Source of the DNA: Candidatus Micrarchaeota archaeon
GTDB taxonomy: Archaea > Micrarchaeota > Micrarchaeia > Norongarragalinales > Norongarragalinaceae
Assembly: GCA_016207165.1 (NCBI GenBank)
Contig: JACQQD010000011.1
Location: forward strand, 71,715 to 135,714
Direction of reading: 5' to 3'
DNA length: 64,000 nucleotides
The notes below the pieces were generated by a model. It was given only the letters and a program-made list of their open reading frames with translations. It made no database searches and was not told the DNA's origin. The translations under genes were made by a program, and so were the position numbers. Of the stretch, positions 9,548-20,073 are shown in pieces (the first letter of the stretch is position 1; each line of letters begins with the position of its first letter).

Positions 9548-10593
9548 CCCAACGTCTTCTGCCCCTGCGCATCCACGAACCCGCTTACCCGGACGCCCAC
9601 CAACCGCACCTTTTTCCCAGCCAACAACGGCAACAACAAGGATTTCGCCGTGCTTGTGACGATATCCAAGGACTGGCTCAAGCGGACGGTTTTCGACCGC
9701 ACCAGAGTCGTGAAATCCGAGAACCGCAGCTTGACGCCCACCGTCTTGAAAAACACGCCTTCATTCTTCACGTCCCGCAAGACCCGCTCCGACAACCCGT
9801 ATACGGTCTGGACCACGTCCACGGCGTTGGCGGTGTCCTGGTAAAACGTGTGTTCGCGGGAAACGGATTTCGCCCGCCACGCCTCCGACAACTCGGCACC
9901 GGACTTGCCCCACGCCAAATCACGGAAATAAAACCCGGACACCCCCAAGTGCTCCACCAAAGTTCGAACCGGCGTCTTGGCCAAGTCGCCAATGGTTCGC
10001 ACGCCCACCTGCTCCAAACGCGCCGCGGTCTTCTTTCCAATGCCGGAAAGCGTGTCCACGGAAAGCGGCCACACCCGCGCCTCAAGTTCACTGGGCCGAA
10101 GAACAGTCAAACCATCCGGCTTTTTCAAGGAAGTGGCCAGTTTCGCCAACGCCTTGTTCCACGCGATGCCCACGGAACACGTCAACCCCTCCTCTTCCAG
10201 AATGCGGGCCTTAAGCTGCCGCCCCAACGCCTCGGCCTCCAAAAAAGAGCGGCCACTTAAGTCCAAGTACAACTCGTCCACGCTCACCGGCTGGGCCTTC
10301 GCCGAAAAACACGACGCCAGATTCATGATGCGGCGGGAAACGGCGCCGTAATGCCGGAAATCAACAGGCAGGAAAACGGCGTCCGGGCACGCAAAAAACG
10401 CCCGGGAAATGGGCATGGCCGAATGAACGCCAAATTTTCGTGCTTCGTAGTTGGCGGTGGACACCACGCCCCGGCCCCGTCCACGTCGAGGATCCGCGCC
10501 GACGATCACCGGCTTTCCCCGAATTTCGGGATAACGCAACTCTTCGACTTGCGCGAAAAAACAATCCATGTCCAAATGCAGAATAACCGACAT
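9544..10593 (-). CDS. dinB: DNA polymerase IV (Y-family)
   Basis: HLDMDCFFAQVE, STANYEAR, SVDELYLD, little-finger KSVSRE. Confidence 0.95.
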   Translation of the reverse strand: MSVILHLDMDCFFAQVEELRYPEIRGKPVIVGADPRRGRGRGVVSTANYEARKFGVHSAMPISRAFFACPDAVFLPVDFRHYGAVSRRIMNLASCFSAKAQPVSVDELYLDLSGRSFLEAEALGRQLKARILEEEGLTCSVGIAWNKALAKLATSLKKPDGLTVLRPSELEARVWPLSVDTLSGIGKKTAARLEQVGVRTIGDLAKTPVRTLVEHLGVSGFYFRDLAWGKSGAELSEAWRAKSVSREHTFYQDTANAVDVVQTVYGLSERVLRDVKNEGVFFKTVGVKLRFSDFTTLVRSKTVRLSQSLDIVTSTAKSLLLPLLAGKKVRLVGVRVSGFVDAQGQKTLG

Positions 10594-10636
10594 ACCGGTC
10601 TGGCCCTCCCGCCCATCAACGGGAAAACACGGCAAT

Positions 10637-10728
10637 ACAGTAAACCACGAAAGTTTCCCGACAAAATAGTCGTGGTTTACTGTCTAGCAAACCCCGCCTA
10701 TTCGTTGTGAAATTTGCGGGGTTTGCTA
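10637..10728. promoter_or_regulatory. Two adjacent, related inverted repeats in the dinB/RLI divergent intergenic region
   Basis: ACAGTAAACCACGA-N19-TCGTGGTTTACTGT and TAGCAAACCCCGC-N18-GCGGGGTTTGCTA. Confidence 0.6.
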
Positions 10729-10825
10729 TAAAAGCGGCGGCAGACCTGCTGGCCGGTGACCCGCGCAAAAGCGTTTTTAACGCGGAAAACCAGGAACTCT
10801 TCAAAACAAATCCAGTGAAAACTTT

Positions 10826-12469
10826 ATGCCGCAAGGAAAGCGTTTGGCTGTTGTCAACCAAGACTTGTGCAAACCCGACCAATGCCAGTTGGAATGCATT
10901 GAAGTCTGCCCCGTCAACAAACTCAACCAGGAATGCATTGTCTTGTCGGATAACCGAAAACTGGCCGTCATTTCCGCCCCGCTGTGCACCGGCTGCGGCT
11001 TGTGCATCAAGAAATGCCCGTTCCACGCCATCGACATCGTCAACCTCGTCGCGCCCGTGGAAGATTTGCTGGTGTACTCCTACGGAGAAAACAGCTTCAA
11101 ATTGTATGGCTTGGCGCTACCCAACAAGGGCGTGTACGGCATGCTGGGCGACAACGGGTGTGGGAAAAGCACGAACATCAAGCTGCTCAACCGCACGTTG
11201 GACATCCAGCGAATGCCCGTCAAGGAATGGCAGAACTTTTTCACGGAAAAAAAATCGTTGGTCGTCAAACCCCAGGAATTGGTGTCCGCCCACTTGGGCA
11301 ACGTCGGCAAACTTCTGGAAAAAATCGGGGGCCCACGGCTTGACGAACTCAAGGACGCGTTGGACCTCGAATCGCTTTGGACCAGGGACTTTGAAGAGCT
11401 ATCCGGAGGCGAACTGCAGCGCGTCATGGTGGCGGCGGCGTTGTGCAAGAAAACCGGGGCGTACTTGTTGGATGAACCCTTCGCGTTTTTGGATTACGCC
11501 TACCGCATTAAACTCGTCGAGTACCTCCGCACCAAATTCCAAGACCAACACGTCCTCTTGGTAGACCACGACTTGTCGCTTCTAAGCTATGCCTGCAACC
11601 AGACGTACATCTTGTACGGCGAACCCGGCGTGTACGGAATCGTTTCCCAACCGTATTCCACCGACCGAGCCATCCACATGTTCCTGGAAGGCTTCCTGGA
11701 AGGGGAAAACGTGCGCTTCCGCGATGAGCCCGTCAAGTTCAAGACCGGCGCCGAAGAAAAACACGTCGAAAAAAACGTTTCCCTTCCATCCGCCCAAATC
11801 ACGCGGGGCACCTTCACGGTTTCCAATCCTTCCGACGTGCCGCTTCACGCCGGCGAAATCGTGGCCCTGGTGGGAAGAAACGGCACAGGTAAAAGCACGC
11901 TGGCCGCGCATTTCGCGGAGAAACTCGGCGGGTCGCTTAAACCCCAGCTCTTGGAGCGCTCCGACGACTTGGTGCTCGGCGTTCTCCGCACCGACACGCC
12001 GTTCCAGCAACGCTTCATCCACGACATGAACCTCAAAAAACAAGAGTTCTTCACCTTCAACCAGCTCAGTGGAGGCGAACTCCAGAAAGTCCGCGTGTTT
12101 GAAGCCCTCGCAAAGGACGCGCCGCTTTACGTAGTGGACGAGCCGACCAACATGATGGACGTGAAAGGCCGCGTCATGCTGTCAAGGCTGTTACGCGAAA
12201 AAGCCAGGGAAGGCGGCTCGATTCTTTTAATCGACCACGACCTGGAATTCGTTTTGAACACCGCCCACCGCCTCATGATCCTGGAAGGCGAACCCGCCAA
12301 AAACGGCCGCGTCGCCGGCGTCTACCCCAAAATGGAGGGGATTGCAAAGTTGTTGAAAGAATTCGGCTTGACGTATCGCCGGGACCAAAAGACGGACCGC
12401 CTCAAGCTGAACAAGGCCGGCTCCGTAAAAGACAGGCAATTGAAGGAATCCGGCCGATTCGTGGAATAA
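10826..12469 (+). CDS. rli: Ribosome recycling ABC ATPase ABCE1/RLI
   Basis: N-terminal Fe-S motifs CKPDQC and CTGCGLC..KCP; two NBDs with LSGGELQ. Confidence 0.93.
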   Translation: MPQGKRLAVVNQDLCKPDQCQLECIEVCPVNKLNQECIVLSDNRKLAVISAPLCTGCGLCIKKCPFHAIDIVNLVAPVEDLLVYSYGENSFKLYGLALPNKGVYGMLGDNGCGKSTNIKLLNRTLDIQRMPVKEWQNFFTEKKSLVVKPQELVSAHLGNVGKLLEKIGGPRLDELKDALDLESLWTRDFEELSGGELQRVMVAAALCKKTGAYLLDEPFAFLDYAYRIKLVEYLRTKFQDQHVLLVDHDLSLLSYACNQTYILYGEPGVYGIVSQPYSTDRAIHMFLEGFLEGENVRFRDEPVKFKTGAEEKHVEKNVSLPSAQITRGTFTVSNPSDVPLHAGEIVALVGRNGTGKSTLAAHFAEKLGGSLKPQLLERSDDLVLGVLRTDTPFQQRFIHDMNLKKQEFFTFNQLSGGELQKVRVFEALAKDAPLYVVDEPTNMMDVKGRVMLSRLLREKAREGGSILLIDHDLEFVLNTAHRLMILEGEPAKNGRVAGVYPKMEGIAKLLKEFGLTYRRDQKTDRLKLNKAGSVKDRQLKESGRFVE

Positions 12470-12484
12470 AAAAAATGCGGGGCG

Positions 12485-13048
12485 TTAGGTCGTAACCTTC
12501 AACACGATTTGTTGGCCGTCCCGAAGCAACAATTCGCCGAACTGGTCTGAAGCCGACCCGTCCACCGTCATTTCAACACGACCGCAGTACTGGCCCACGC
12601 ATTTCGCGTCCAAGCGCGTGCCCCACACCGCGAAAAAGTTGCCCAACGTGTAATCCCGCGTGTCCGGAGACTCCACGTGAATCACGCCGTCCGGCTCATG
12701 CGTATGCAGGGGCTCGTGGCGCACGCCGATGCCGATGTTCACTGGAATGGGCACCGGTTTTCCATCCACGAAGATTTCCAGTTGCGAGTGCCAATGAATC
12801 GGGGCGTTGGACAACTTGGGCGGGTACGAAACCGCCCCGGCACCCGAACCGCCTTGCGAAAACAAGTACAGCATGCCGCCGGACAAGACCACCAAAACCA
12901 CCAACACCAACACTTTTCCTTTGTGCTTTTTGAAGTCCAAAAACGGTTTTTTTGGCGCGACGTAATGCTTGGCGTTTTCGTGGTCCCGCAACGCATCCGC
13001 GGATTTGAAGGCGCCGCCACAATCCGTGCACCGGTGTTCGTCCGTCAT
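12485..13048 (-). CDS. C2H2-like zinc finger + TM + His-rich extracellular domain protein
   Basis: CTDC...HENAKH; TM segment; IHWH and LHTHEPDGVIHVE. Confidence 0.8.
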   Translation of the reverse strand: MTDEHRCTDCGGAFKSADALRDHENAKHYVAPKKPFLDFKKHKGKVLVLVVLVVLSGGMLYLFSQGGSGAGAVSYPPKLSNAPIHWHSQLEIFVDGKPVPIPVNIGIGVRHEPLHTHEPDGVIHVESPDTRDYTLGNFFAVWGTRLDAKCVGQYCGRVEMTVDGSASDQFGELLLRDGQQIVLKVTT

Positions 13049-13055
13049 GTGGCAA

Positions 13056-13301
13056 CTACCTCAGGCTTGAAAACCAAAGCGAACCCGTCTTTCCGTTCTC
13101 GCACACCGCCGTGCACGGCCCCGCCACCGGCCCATCCTGGTCGGAAACAAACCACGCCGGCACGGCTTGACCCTTCTCCAAAGATACTTCCGACGAGAAC
13201 AATGCGCCGGATTGCGGTTGAAGCCCTTGAGACAACTTGAACGCGGCAAACGAGGCCACCACCAAGCCTAAGACCACCAAAACCAAGACAATCTTCTTCA
13301 T
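13056..13301 (-). CDS. Small exported protein with CxxxC
   Basis: MKKIVLVLVVLG signal; GPCTAVC; GGAG Shine-Dalgarno; start overlaps upstream stop. Confidence 0.6.
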   Translation of the reverse strand: MKKIVLVLVVLGLVVASFAAFKLSQGLQPQSGALFSSEVSLEKGQAVPAWFVSDQDGPVAGPCTAVCENGKTGSLWFSSLR

Positions 13302-13831
13302 GTGCGTTTCTCCTCCTTGACTTGACACGACGCGCAAGCGCCGTTGACTTTACCCGAAAAAAAGTAAAGCGACGACAGCGTCAGGCCCCCGCCCGCCAAC
13401 AAAAACGCGTCGCGGTGCTCCAACAAGAACAGCGTGGCGCCGGAACCCAAAAACGAGAACACGCCGGCCAGGCACCCCGCGCACGCCGCCGTGGAATACA
13501 AGCCCGAAAAAAATCCCGGCACCAATCCCGCGGCCGCCGCGCCCGTGGCGTGGCGGTCCTGCGTCAACACGTAATGCATCATGGCGACCAACAACCCCAT
13601 GCCCGCCGAGTACGCCGCCAACAACGCGTACGTCCACCACGGCGCGATGGCCAGCCAGAATTCCAACGTGTTGCCGGGAATGGTGAACACCGGAACCAAG
13701 ACGTACAGCACGGCGAACAAAACAGCGGAACCCGCCGCCAAAGCCTGCCGCGTCTCGTCCAAAAACACGGTGGCCAACGCCAGTCGAACGGAACGCCACG
13801 CCTCACGCAATGACTTCACCAGCAAAATCAA
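13298..13831 (-). CDS. Four-TM membrane protein with intramembrane CxxC (MerT/MerC-like)
   Basis: TAACAGC within a TM segment; C-terminal CASC. Confidence 0.7.
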   Translation of the reverse strand: MILLVKSLREAWRSVRLALATVFLDETRQALAAGSAVLFAVLYVLVPVFTIPGNTLEFWLAIAPWWTYALLAAYSAGMGLLVAMMHYVLTQDRHATGAAAAGLVPGFFSGLYSTAACAGCLAGVFSFLGSGATLFLLEHRDAFLLAGGGLTLSSLYFFSGKVNGACASCQVKEEKRT

Positions 13832-14625
13832 CCCGAAAGCTCCGCATCAATGGCCTGCGTGATGACGGCATACGGTTGCGCACCGACAATGGCCAAGCCG
13901 TTGACGAAAAACGTGGGCGTGCCGGACACGCCGACTTTCACGCCGTCGGCGAAGTCCTGTTGCACGGCTTGCGTATACTTGCCGGAATCAAAGCACTCGT
14001 TGAACGTCGCGGCGTTCAAGCCGAGTTCCTCCGCCCATTTTTTGTCAAAAGGCACGTCCACGGTGCCTGGGCCCAGCTTGTCCTGTTCGGCGAAAATCTT
14101 GTCATGCATCTCGAAATAGTTGCCTTGGTCTCCAGCACACCGCGCCGCCTCCGCGTACACCGGCGCGTTGGGGTGGAACGACAGCGGGAAGTCCTTGAAA
14201 ATGAAGCGCACCTTTCCGGCGTCCACGTAATCCTTGAAAAGGGAGGGAATGACTTCGTTGAACGATTTTCGGCAGAACGGGCACTGGTAATCCGAAAACT
14301 CGACCACGGTCACTTTCGCATCCGACTTTCCACGCCCAGCGGCAAACGAGCCCAACACAGTAGCCACGTCAGCGGCAGGAAGGGCCGTGGGTTGCGGAGC
14401 CGCCGGCGCCAGGGCCGCCGAACCGCCTCCGGAAATTTGGATGGCGGAAAGGCCCTTAGCCAGGGTGCCGGAAGCGGAAATGAAGGCGAACGACAAAATC
14501 AGGGAGGAAACCACGACGGAAACCGCCAACACGTACAAGGCCTTTGAACCGGAATCGCTCCGGGGATGCGAAGAAGGATGCGCGTGCGAAGCATGCGTGG
14601 ACTCGTGTTCCGTCAAGAAAACCAC
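13828..14625 (-). CDS. DsbA/DsbG-family thiol-disulfide oxidoreductase
   Basis: EFSDYQCPFC, FPLSFH, GVSGTPTFF; TM anchor; His-rich N-terminus; start uncertain. Confidence 0.92.
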   Translation of the reverse strand: MVFLTEHESTHASHAHPSSHPRSDSGSKALYVLAVSVVVSSLILSFAFISASGTLAKGLSAIQISGGGSAALAPAAPQPTALPAADVATVLGSFAAGRGKSDAKVTVVEFSDYQCPFCRKSFNEVIPSLFKDYVDAGKVRFIFKDFPLSFHPNAPVYAEAARCAGDQGNYFEMHDKIFAEQDKLGPGTVDVPFDKKWAEELGLNAATFNECFDSGKYTQAVQQDFADGVKVGVSGTPTFFVNGLAIVGAQPYAVITQAIDAELSG

Positions 14626-14710
14626 CGGTTCCTAATGTAACCTTTTTGTAACATTGCGCGGACCGCGCATTTAAATCTTTCGGGCTCCGAAGCCTTGCAG
14701 GTGGTTTTGC

Positions 14711-15022
14711 ATGGATTACACGAACGCCTTCACGCAAGGGTTGGTGTTGTTGGCGTCACTGGGTTTTCTGGCGGCGGTGTACTACACGTACCGCTTGTCG
14801 CAGGAAACCAAGGGCGAAAAGTATTGGACGTTTTTTTTGGTCGCCGCCTTGGCGCTGGCCATGCCGTACTGGCTCTCCGTCCCCCACGACTTGAACCTCA
14901 TCCCCACGGGCACCACCACGGCGATTGGGGAAGTCGCCGCCATCGCCGGTGCGCTCAGCCTGGCGTACGCCTCGCACGGCCTTTACCAGACCATGAAACG
15001 CATCAGAAAACGCGTGGAGTGA
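14711..15022 (+). CDS. Small three-TM membrane protein
   Basis: Hydrophobic ORF; co-oriented with the downstream regulator. Confidence 0.7.
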   Translation: MDYTNAFTQGLVLLASLGFLAAVYYTYRLSQETKGEKYWTFFLVAALALAMPYWLSVPHDLNLIPTGTTTAIGEVAAIAGALSLAYASHGLYQTMKRIRKRVE

Positions 15023-15026
15023 TGGC

Positions 15027-15302
15027 GTGCAGAACAAGTCCATCCTGTTTTACTGGAGCCGAGGCGCGGAGGTACGCCGAAAAATACTGAGGCTCGTCCA
15101 CCACGCCAACCAGAAAAACAAGCCCGCGTTTCTTAACGCGTTGGCCAAGACGCTCAAACTCTCGCACGTCGCCGTCAAAAAACACGTGGACTTGTTGCTC
15201 GAAGAAGGCTTTTTGGAGGAAGTCAACCCCGGCGGCAAGCCCATTTATCTTCGGCTCTCCAAAAACGGTGCAACCGTTTTAAGCGAGTTTTCCAAGAATT
15301 GA
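15027..15302 (+). CDS. ArsR-like winged-helix regulator
   Basis: SRGAEVRRKIL...LSHVAVKKHVDLLLEEG. Confidence 0.8.
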   Translation: MQNKSILFYWSRGAEVRRKILRLVHHANQKNKPAFLNALAKTLKLSHVAVKKHVDLLLEEGFLEEVNPGGKPIYLRLSKNGATVLSEFSKN

Positions 15303-15305
15303 TGT

Positions 15306-15620
15306 ATGGACGTCAAACTGTACCACACGCAAACCTGCCACATCTGGTCGAAGGCACTGGAAGAACTGAAAAAGGCGTTTGCGGAATCCGGCGTCCGCGT
15401 TGAAATCAAAACCATCGTCGTGAACACGCAAGAAGAAGCCGAACAACACCGTTTTTTGGGTTCGCCCACCCTGCACGTCAACGGACGGGACGTGGACCCC
15501 ATGGCTGAAAAAATGACGCGGTACGGGTTGTCGGCGTGCCGAACCTACTGGTGGAAAGGCAAATCCTTCGAGTACCCACCCGAAGAAATGGTCTTGCAGG
15601 CGCTGAAAACGGAAACGTAG
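15306..15620 (+). CDS. Thioredoxin-fold protein (FLGSPT type)
   Basis: TCHIW, FLGSPTLHVNGRD, SACRTY. Confidence 0.75.
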   Translation: MDVKLYHTQTCHIWSKALEELKKAFAESGVRVEIKTIVVNTQEEAEQHRFLGSPTLHVNGRDVDPMAEKMTRYGLSACRTYWWKGKSFEYPPEEMVLQALKTET

Positions 15621-15636
15621 CGGGCCCGACCCCGTT

Positions 15637-16026
15637 TCACTTGGCGGCATCCACCATTTGTCGAAGTTCCTTCGCCGCCGGCTCCGCTTTTTCCTTGGAA
15701 ATCTCCGGGAAAAACTCGGAAACCATGGCCGGGTTCATGCCGGCAATGACGGTCTTTCCATCCTTTTCAAACACGTTGATCTTGCACGGCATGCACAAGG
15801 ACACGAAACGGTTCCGGTTCAAAAACTCGTTTCCGTATTTTCCGGAGCAAATCTCGATGATTTTCAGCGGTTTCTGCTGGAAGCCTTTGGCGGCCAACCG
15901 CTCGGCCACATCGTACACTCCAAACACGGTCCAACCCGCTTTTTCCACGGCACTTAAAACGGAGACCGTGGCCTCGTCCACGCTTTTCCGGGTTTCAACG
16001 GCGTACATGAAGTCGTCTGGATTCAT
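15637..16026 (-). CDS. DUF302-family protein
   Basis: IIEICS...LCMPCKINV motif. Confidence 0.85.
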   Translation of the reverse strand: MNPDDFMYAVETRKSVDEATVSVLSAVEKAGWTVFGVYDVAERLAAKGFQQKPLKIIEICSGKYGNEFLNRNRFVSLCMPCKINVFEKDGKTVIAGMNPAMVSEFFPEISKEKAEPAAKELRQMVDAAK

Positions 16027-16121
16027 TTTCAACCACCTTCAGCGTTTCCTTTTTACATGAACGTCCCGTGCTATAAGGCCGGACGGTTTCGCCGCGTCAC
16101 CCACTCTTACCGTAAAAAAAC

Positions 16122-18338
16122 TCAGGAATGAACCGGCTTCACGTTTTTTAGCGGCGGCTTGTACAGCTTCATCAAGGCCGCGTTGGAAGTCACCGAAACG
16201 CTGGAAAGGGCCATGGCCAGGCCCGCGATGGCCGGATTCAAAAGAAAGCCGGTGAAGGGATAAAGAAGTCCGGCAGCCACGGGAATGCCGATCACGTTGT
16301 AACCGAAGGCCCAGAACAGGTTCTCCTTGATTTTCCGCATGGTAAAACGCGACAAGTCAATAGCGGTGACCACGTCGCGCACGTCGCTTTTAACCAGTAC
16401 GATGTCCCCGGTTTCAATGGCTACATCCGTTCCACCGCCCATGGCGATGCCCAAGTCCGCGGCGGCCAAAGCCGGCGAGTCGTTGATGCCGTCGCCTACC
16501 ATGGCCACGGTCCGGCCCTTTTTCTGGAGGGCCCGCACGTTTTTCTCCTTGTCCTTGGGCAACACTTCCGCCAGGACGTTGTCAATGCCGAGTTGACGGG
16601 CAATCGCGTTCGCGGTCCGGGAATTGTCGCCGGTAATCATGTACACATCCAAACCCATGCGCTGCAAGCGCTTGACGGCTTCCTTGGAACCGTCCTTGAG
16701 CGTGTCGGCCACCGCCAAAAGGCCGGCGAACCGCCCAGCCATCCAAACGGTGACTACGGTCTTGCCCTCGTTTTCCCACGCGTGCTTTTGTTTTTCGGCG
16801 GCGGCGGGCAGCTTTTTTCCCGCCAGGGATGCGGTGCCCACCGCGACTTTTTTTCCTTGAACCGACGCCGTGACGCCCTTTCCGGCCACGGCGTGGAACG
16901 CGGAGGCTTTCTTCAACGATATCTTTTGCTTCTTGGCGGCCTGGACGATGGCTTGAGCCAAAGGATGTTCGGAAAGCGATTCCACGGACGCCGCCTTCTC
17001 CAAGAGGATGCGCTCGGAAACACCTTTTTCAGTCCAAACGTCGGTTAACGCGGGCTCTCCCCGCGTCAGCGTGCCGGTCTTGTCAAACACGATGGCGTCC
17101 AGCCTCCGCGTTTCCTGGAGGGCTTTGGCCGTTTTGAACAGGATGCCGTTTTGCGCCCCAAGACCGGTTCCCACCATGATGGCGGTGGGCGTGGCCAAAC
17201 CCAACGCGCACGGGCACGCGATCAATAAAACGGCCATGAAGGCGGAAAGAGCGAACTCGAAGGGCTGTCCTGCGGCGAAAAACCAGTAACCAAACACCAG
17301 AAACGCGAACACCGACACCGCCGGAACGAACACGGAGCTGACTTTGTCCACGAGTTCCTGGATGGGGGCTTTTCGGCCTTGGGCTTCTTCAACCAACTTG
17401 ATGATTTGCGCCAACAGCGTCTCGCTTCCCACCTTGGTGGCCTTGCAGGTGAGGCTGCCCTGCTTGTTGATGCTGGCGCCAATGACGGAATCGCCTTTTT
17501 TCTTGTGAACAGGCATGCTCTCGCCGGTCACCATGCTTTCGTCCACCGCGCTGTCCCCGGAAAAAACGACGCCGTCCACGGGAATTTTTTCGCCGGGCCG
17601 AACTAGAAAGACGTCGCCGACTTTCAGCGACTCAATGGGCACCGTGACTTGGCGGCCGTTTTTGATCAGCGTGGCCGTCTTGGGCTGCAAACCCATGAGT
17701 TTCTTGATGGCTTCCGACGTCTTTCCCTTGGCGATGGCTTCCAACCATTTTCCCAAAACGATGAAAGTCAGTACGAACGTGCCGACTTCGTAGTACAAGT
17801 CGCCTTTGAAGCCCAGGGTAGTCATCAGGCTGTAGAGGTACGCCGCGCCTACGCCGATGGCCACCAGGCTGTCCATGGTCGGGGACTTGTTCAGGATGCC
17901 GCGGACTCCACGGATGAAGATGACGCGGTTGACCCACATGACGGGAGTCGCCAACGCGAACTGAATCCAGGCGGAATACGCTTCAAACCACTCCGGCAAT
18001 GGAAGAAAAATCCATTCCAAGTGCTCGAAAAAAAGGACCAAAAGCGGGATGCTTAACGCCAGGGAAAACAGGAAGCGGAAGCGGTACTCGGCCATCTCGC
18101 GTTCTTGGACTTGCTCGGAAGACTCGCTTTCAACCCACGGTTCGGCGTCGTAGCCCGCGTCCACCACGGCGTCGCGAAGGACGTCCAAGGCCACGGATTC
18201 CCCGTGTTGCACCACGGCTTTTTCGTTGGAAAGCGAAACTTCCGCGGTTTTGACCCCCGGAACCTTTTCAAGCGCCTTCTGCACCAGGTTCTGGCAGTGC
18301 GGGGAACTCATGCCAATGACGTGCAGTACGGTCTTCAC
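16122..18338 (-). CDS. copA: Cu(I)-translocating P1B-type ATPase
   Basis: HMA domain GMSSPHC; TGES, CPC, DKTGT, GDGIND, YN and MALSS motifs. Confidence 0.96.
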   Translation of the reverse strand: MKTVLHVIGMSSPHCQNLVQKALEKVPGVKTAEVSLSNEKAVVQHGESVALDVLRDAVVDAGYDAEPWVESESSEQVQEREMAEYRFRFLFSLALSIPLLVLFFEHLEWIFLPLPEWFEAYSAWIQFALATPVMWVNRVIFIRGVRGILNKSPTMDSLVAIGVGAAYLYSLMTTLGFKGDLYYEVGTFVLTFIVLGKWLEAIAKGKTSEAIKKLMGLQPKTATLIKNGRQVTVPIESLKVGDVFLVRPGEKIPVDGVVFSGDSAVDESMVTGESMPVHKKKGDSVIGASINKQGSLTCKATKVGSETLLAQIIKLVEEAQGRKAPIQELVDKVSSVFVPAVSVFAFLVFGYWFFAAGQPFEFALSAFMAVLLIACPCALGLATPTAIMVGTGLGAQNGILFKTAKALQETRRLDAIVFDKTGTLTRGEPALTDVWTEKGVSERILLEKAASVESLSEHPLAQAIVQAAKKQKISLKKASAFHAVAGKGVTASVQGKKVAVGTASLAGKKLPAAAEKQKHAWENEGKTVVTVWMAGRFAGLLAVADTLKDGSKEAVKRLQRMGLDVYMITGDNSRTANAIARQLGIDNVLAEVLPKDKEKNVRALQKKGRTVAMVGDGINDSPALAAADLGIAMGGGTDVAIETGDIVLVKSDVRDVVTAIDLSRFTMRKIKENLFWAFGYNVIGIPVAAGLLYPFTGFLLNPAIAGLAMALSSVSVTSNAALMKLYKPPLKNVKPVHS

Positions 18339-18350
18339 GATTCAAACGCC

Positions 18351-18557
18351 TTAGGCCAGCTGGTAGCCGGAATTCTTGACGGCGTCACGCAACTGGGCCG
18401 CCCCCAGCGTCTTGGGGTCGTATTCGACGTCCATTTTGCCGGTCGCGTAATTGACCTGGCAATTCGACACGCCCGGCATTTTGGATACGTTTTTCTGGAT
18501 CGTGGCCGCACAGGACGCGCAATGCATGCCGCGCACGTCGAACTTGGTCTTGACCAT
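18351..18557 (-). CDS. copZ: Copper chaperone (HMA domain)
   Basis: GMHCASC, 68 aa; GAGGTG Shine-Dalgarno. Confidence 0.92.
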   Translation of the reverse strand: MVKTKFDVRGMHCASCAATIQKNVSKMPGVSNCQVNYATGKMDVEYDPKTLGAAQLRDAVKNSGYQLA

Positions 18558-18627
18558 ACCATGCACCTCTTGAAACCGAATATAGCAAACCTCGAAAGTC
18601 TCGCAAGACTTGAGAGCCGTTTGCTAG

Positions 18628-18674
18628 ATAGTCGTTCACGACTATTTCGTCGTCTTATTTTCGTGGACGACTAT
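18628..18674. promoter_or_regulatory. Palindromic operator upstream of copZA
   Basis: ATAGTCGT-TC-ACGACTAT plus an extra ACGACTAT half-site at 18667. Confidence 0.5.
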
Positions 18675-18791
18675 ATATCCGATTTTGATATAGTGATGGC
18701 CGTCCGCATTAAATAGCTTTACGGCCCAAGCGCGCCCAGGCGAGGGCGCCGGAAAAACGGAACTTGAAAAAAGGAGGACCGAACCCGCCGC

Positions 18792-19277
18792 CTAAACGGC
18801 CACGATCTTGCCGACGGCCATGCGCATGCTGCAGCCGTATTCCAAAGTCTGGCCTTTCTGCATGGAAGGCAAGTCAAACGCGACGGGCTGTCCTTTGGGC
18901 AGTGGCGCGGATTTGCCGAGGCTGTAAAACACGACGGAATTGGCGCACCCCGCCTCGTCCACGCGCGTCATGGTCAAGTGGATGGGTTTGCCGGATTGGA
19001 CCTGCAACACGTTGGGTTGGTACCGGAACGATTCAAGCCGGATTTCGGCGTCCTGCGCGTCCGGGGTGCCCCCGCCAACACCGGGAAGAAGTCCGGGTTG
19101 CGGGGCCGTGTTTTGGGCGCCGTTCAAGTAGAAGGCGTACGAAGCCGTCAACCCGACCAAAACCAAAAACGCCAATACTCCGAAGTACATGGCGTTGTCC
19201 GATTTGGCGGCCGGCGGTTGCGGCGGGCAGTCTTTGCAGGCCGCATCGTCTTGGGATTGCGAAGAAGAATCCGTCAT
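18792..19277 (-). CDS. Membrane-anchored cupredoxin-domain protein
   Basis: N-terminal CKDC; TM; GCANS...YGCSMRM (CupA-like ligands). Confidence 0.85.
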   Translation of the reverse strand: MTDSSSQSQDDAACKDCPPQPPAAKSDNAMYFGVLAFLVLVGLTASYAFYLNGAQNTAPQPGLLPGVGGGTPDAQDAEIRLESFRYQPNVLQVQSGKPIHLTMTRVDEAGCANSVVFYSLGKSAPLPKGQPVAFDLPSMQKGQTLEYGCSMRMAVGKIVAV

Positions 19278-19311
19278 GTGCGTTAATCCAATTCTTTTTT
19301 CGCGCCCATAT

Positions 19312-20073
19312 TTATGTGGCTTGCGGTAGGTACGGGAAAAGCAGGTACGCGGCGGCCAAAGCCAAAACCAGGCTTGACAAGCCTCGAAGGATGCGGATGA
19401 ACGACGGGGTATTCGGAAGGCTTTGGCGGGCTTCAAGAGCCAGGTACGTGGCCGCAAACATGGCCAGCGCGGAAACCAAGACGAAAAAGAAAAAGGCAGG
19501 GGCCACGGTTTGAACTCCGGTTGCCAAGGGAAACACGAACAACGCAAGCAGTACCGGCGTGGTGCAGAAGGCGCCGGTCAACCCGTAGAAAAAACCGATG
19601 GAGAAAAAACCTCGGGGACGCCCAGCTGGCATCAAACGCGGCGCCGGAAGATAGCGGGCCAGCGGCACGTCAAACCAAAGAAAGACGGCAAGCACCGCCA
19701 ACGCGAGGCCGGCTAAAATGCGGGTGTTGACCAGAAAACCGGCCAACGCCGAACCGAACAGCCAAAGCACGCCCAAGGCCAACGCATAAAACGCGGCAAG
19801 GCCAGTGGCCGCAAACGCCGCCAACGCCCAAAACGGCGCTTGGGGTTTTTGGGCGTTGAACACGAGGCTGACCATGGCGGGAAACGCGGCGAGGCTGCAT
19901 GGATTGAAAAACGCCACCAAACCCCCCAACGCGGCAAAAGCCATGAAAATCGCGGGAGGCATTTGCTCGGGCGCCAGGCCGCCGGCGGCGAAAGCGACGA
20001 GTTGGGGGGCGAGAAAAAGGCCGAGTGCAAGCACGACCGTCAAGGCGGCCACGTAGGCAACAAAGCGTGTCAT
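19312..20073 (-). CDS. CcdA/DsbD-like membrane electron transporter
   Basis: FFNPCSLA and FCTTP Pro/Cys motifs; multi-TM. Confidence 0.8.
   Translation of the reverse strand: MTRFVAYVAALTVVLALGLFLAPQLVAFAAGGLAPEQMPPAIFMAFAALGGLVAFFNPCSLAAFPAMVSLVFNAQKPQAPFWALAAFAATGLAAFYALALGVLWLFGSALAGFLVNTRILAGLALAVLAVFLWFDVPLARYLPAPRLMPAGRPRGFFSIGFFYGLTGAFCTTPVLLALFVFPLATGVQTVAPAFFFFVLVSALAMFAATYLALEARQSLPNTPSFIRILRGLSSLVLALAAAYLLFPYLPQAT

Noticed and set aside
18339-18353. CopZ-CopA fusion by stop readthrough (the genes are in frame)
   Set aside because: The 12-nt spacer contains a second in-frame stop (TGA), and CopA has its own HMA domain.
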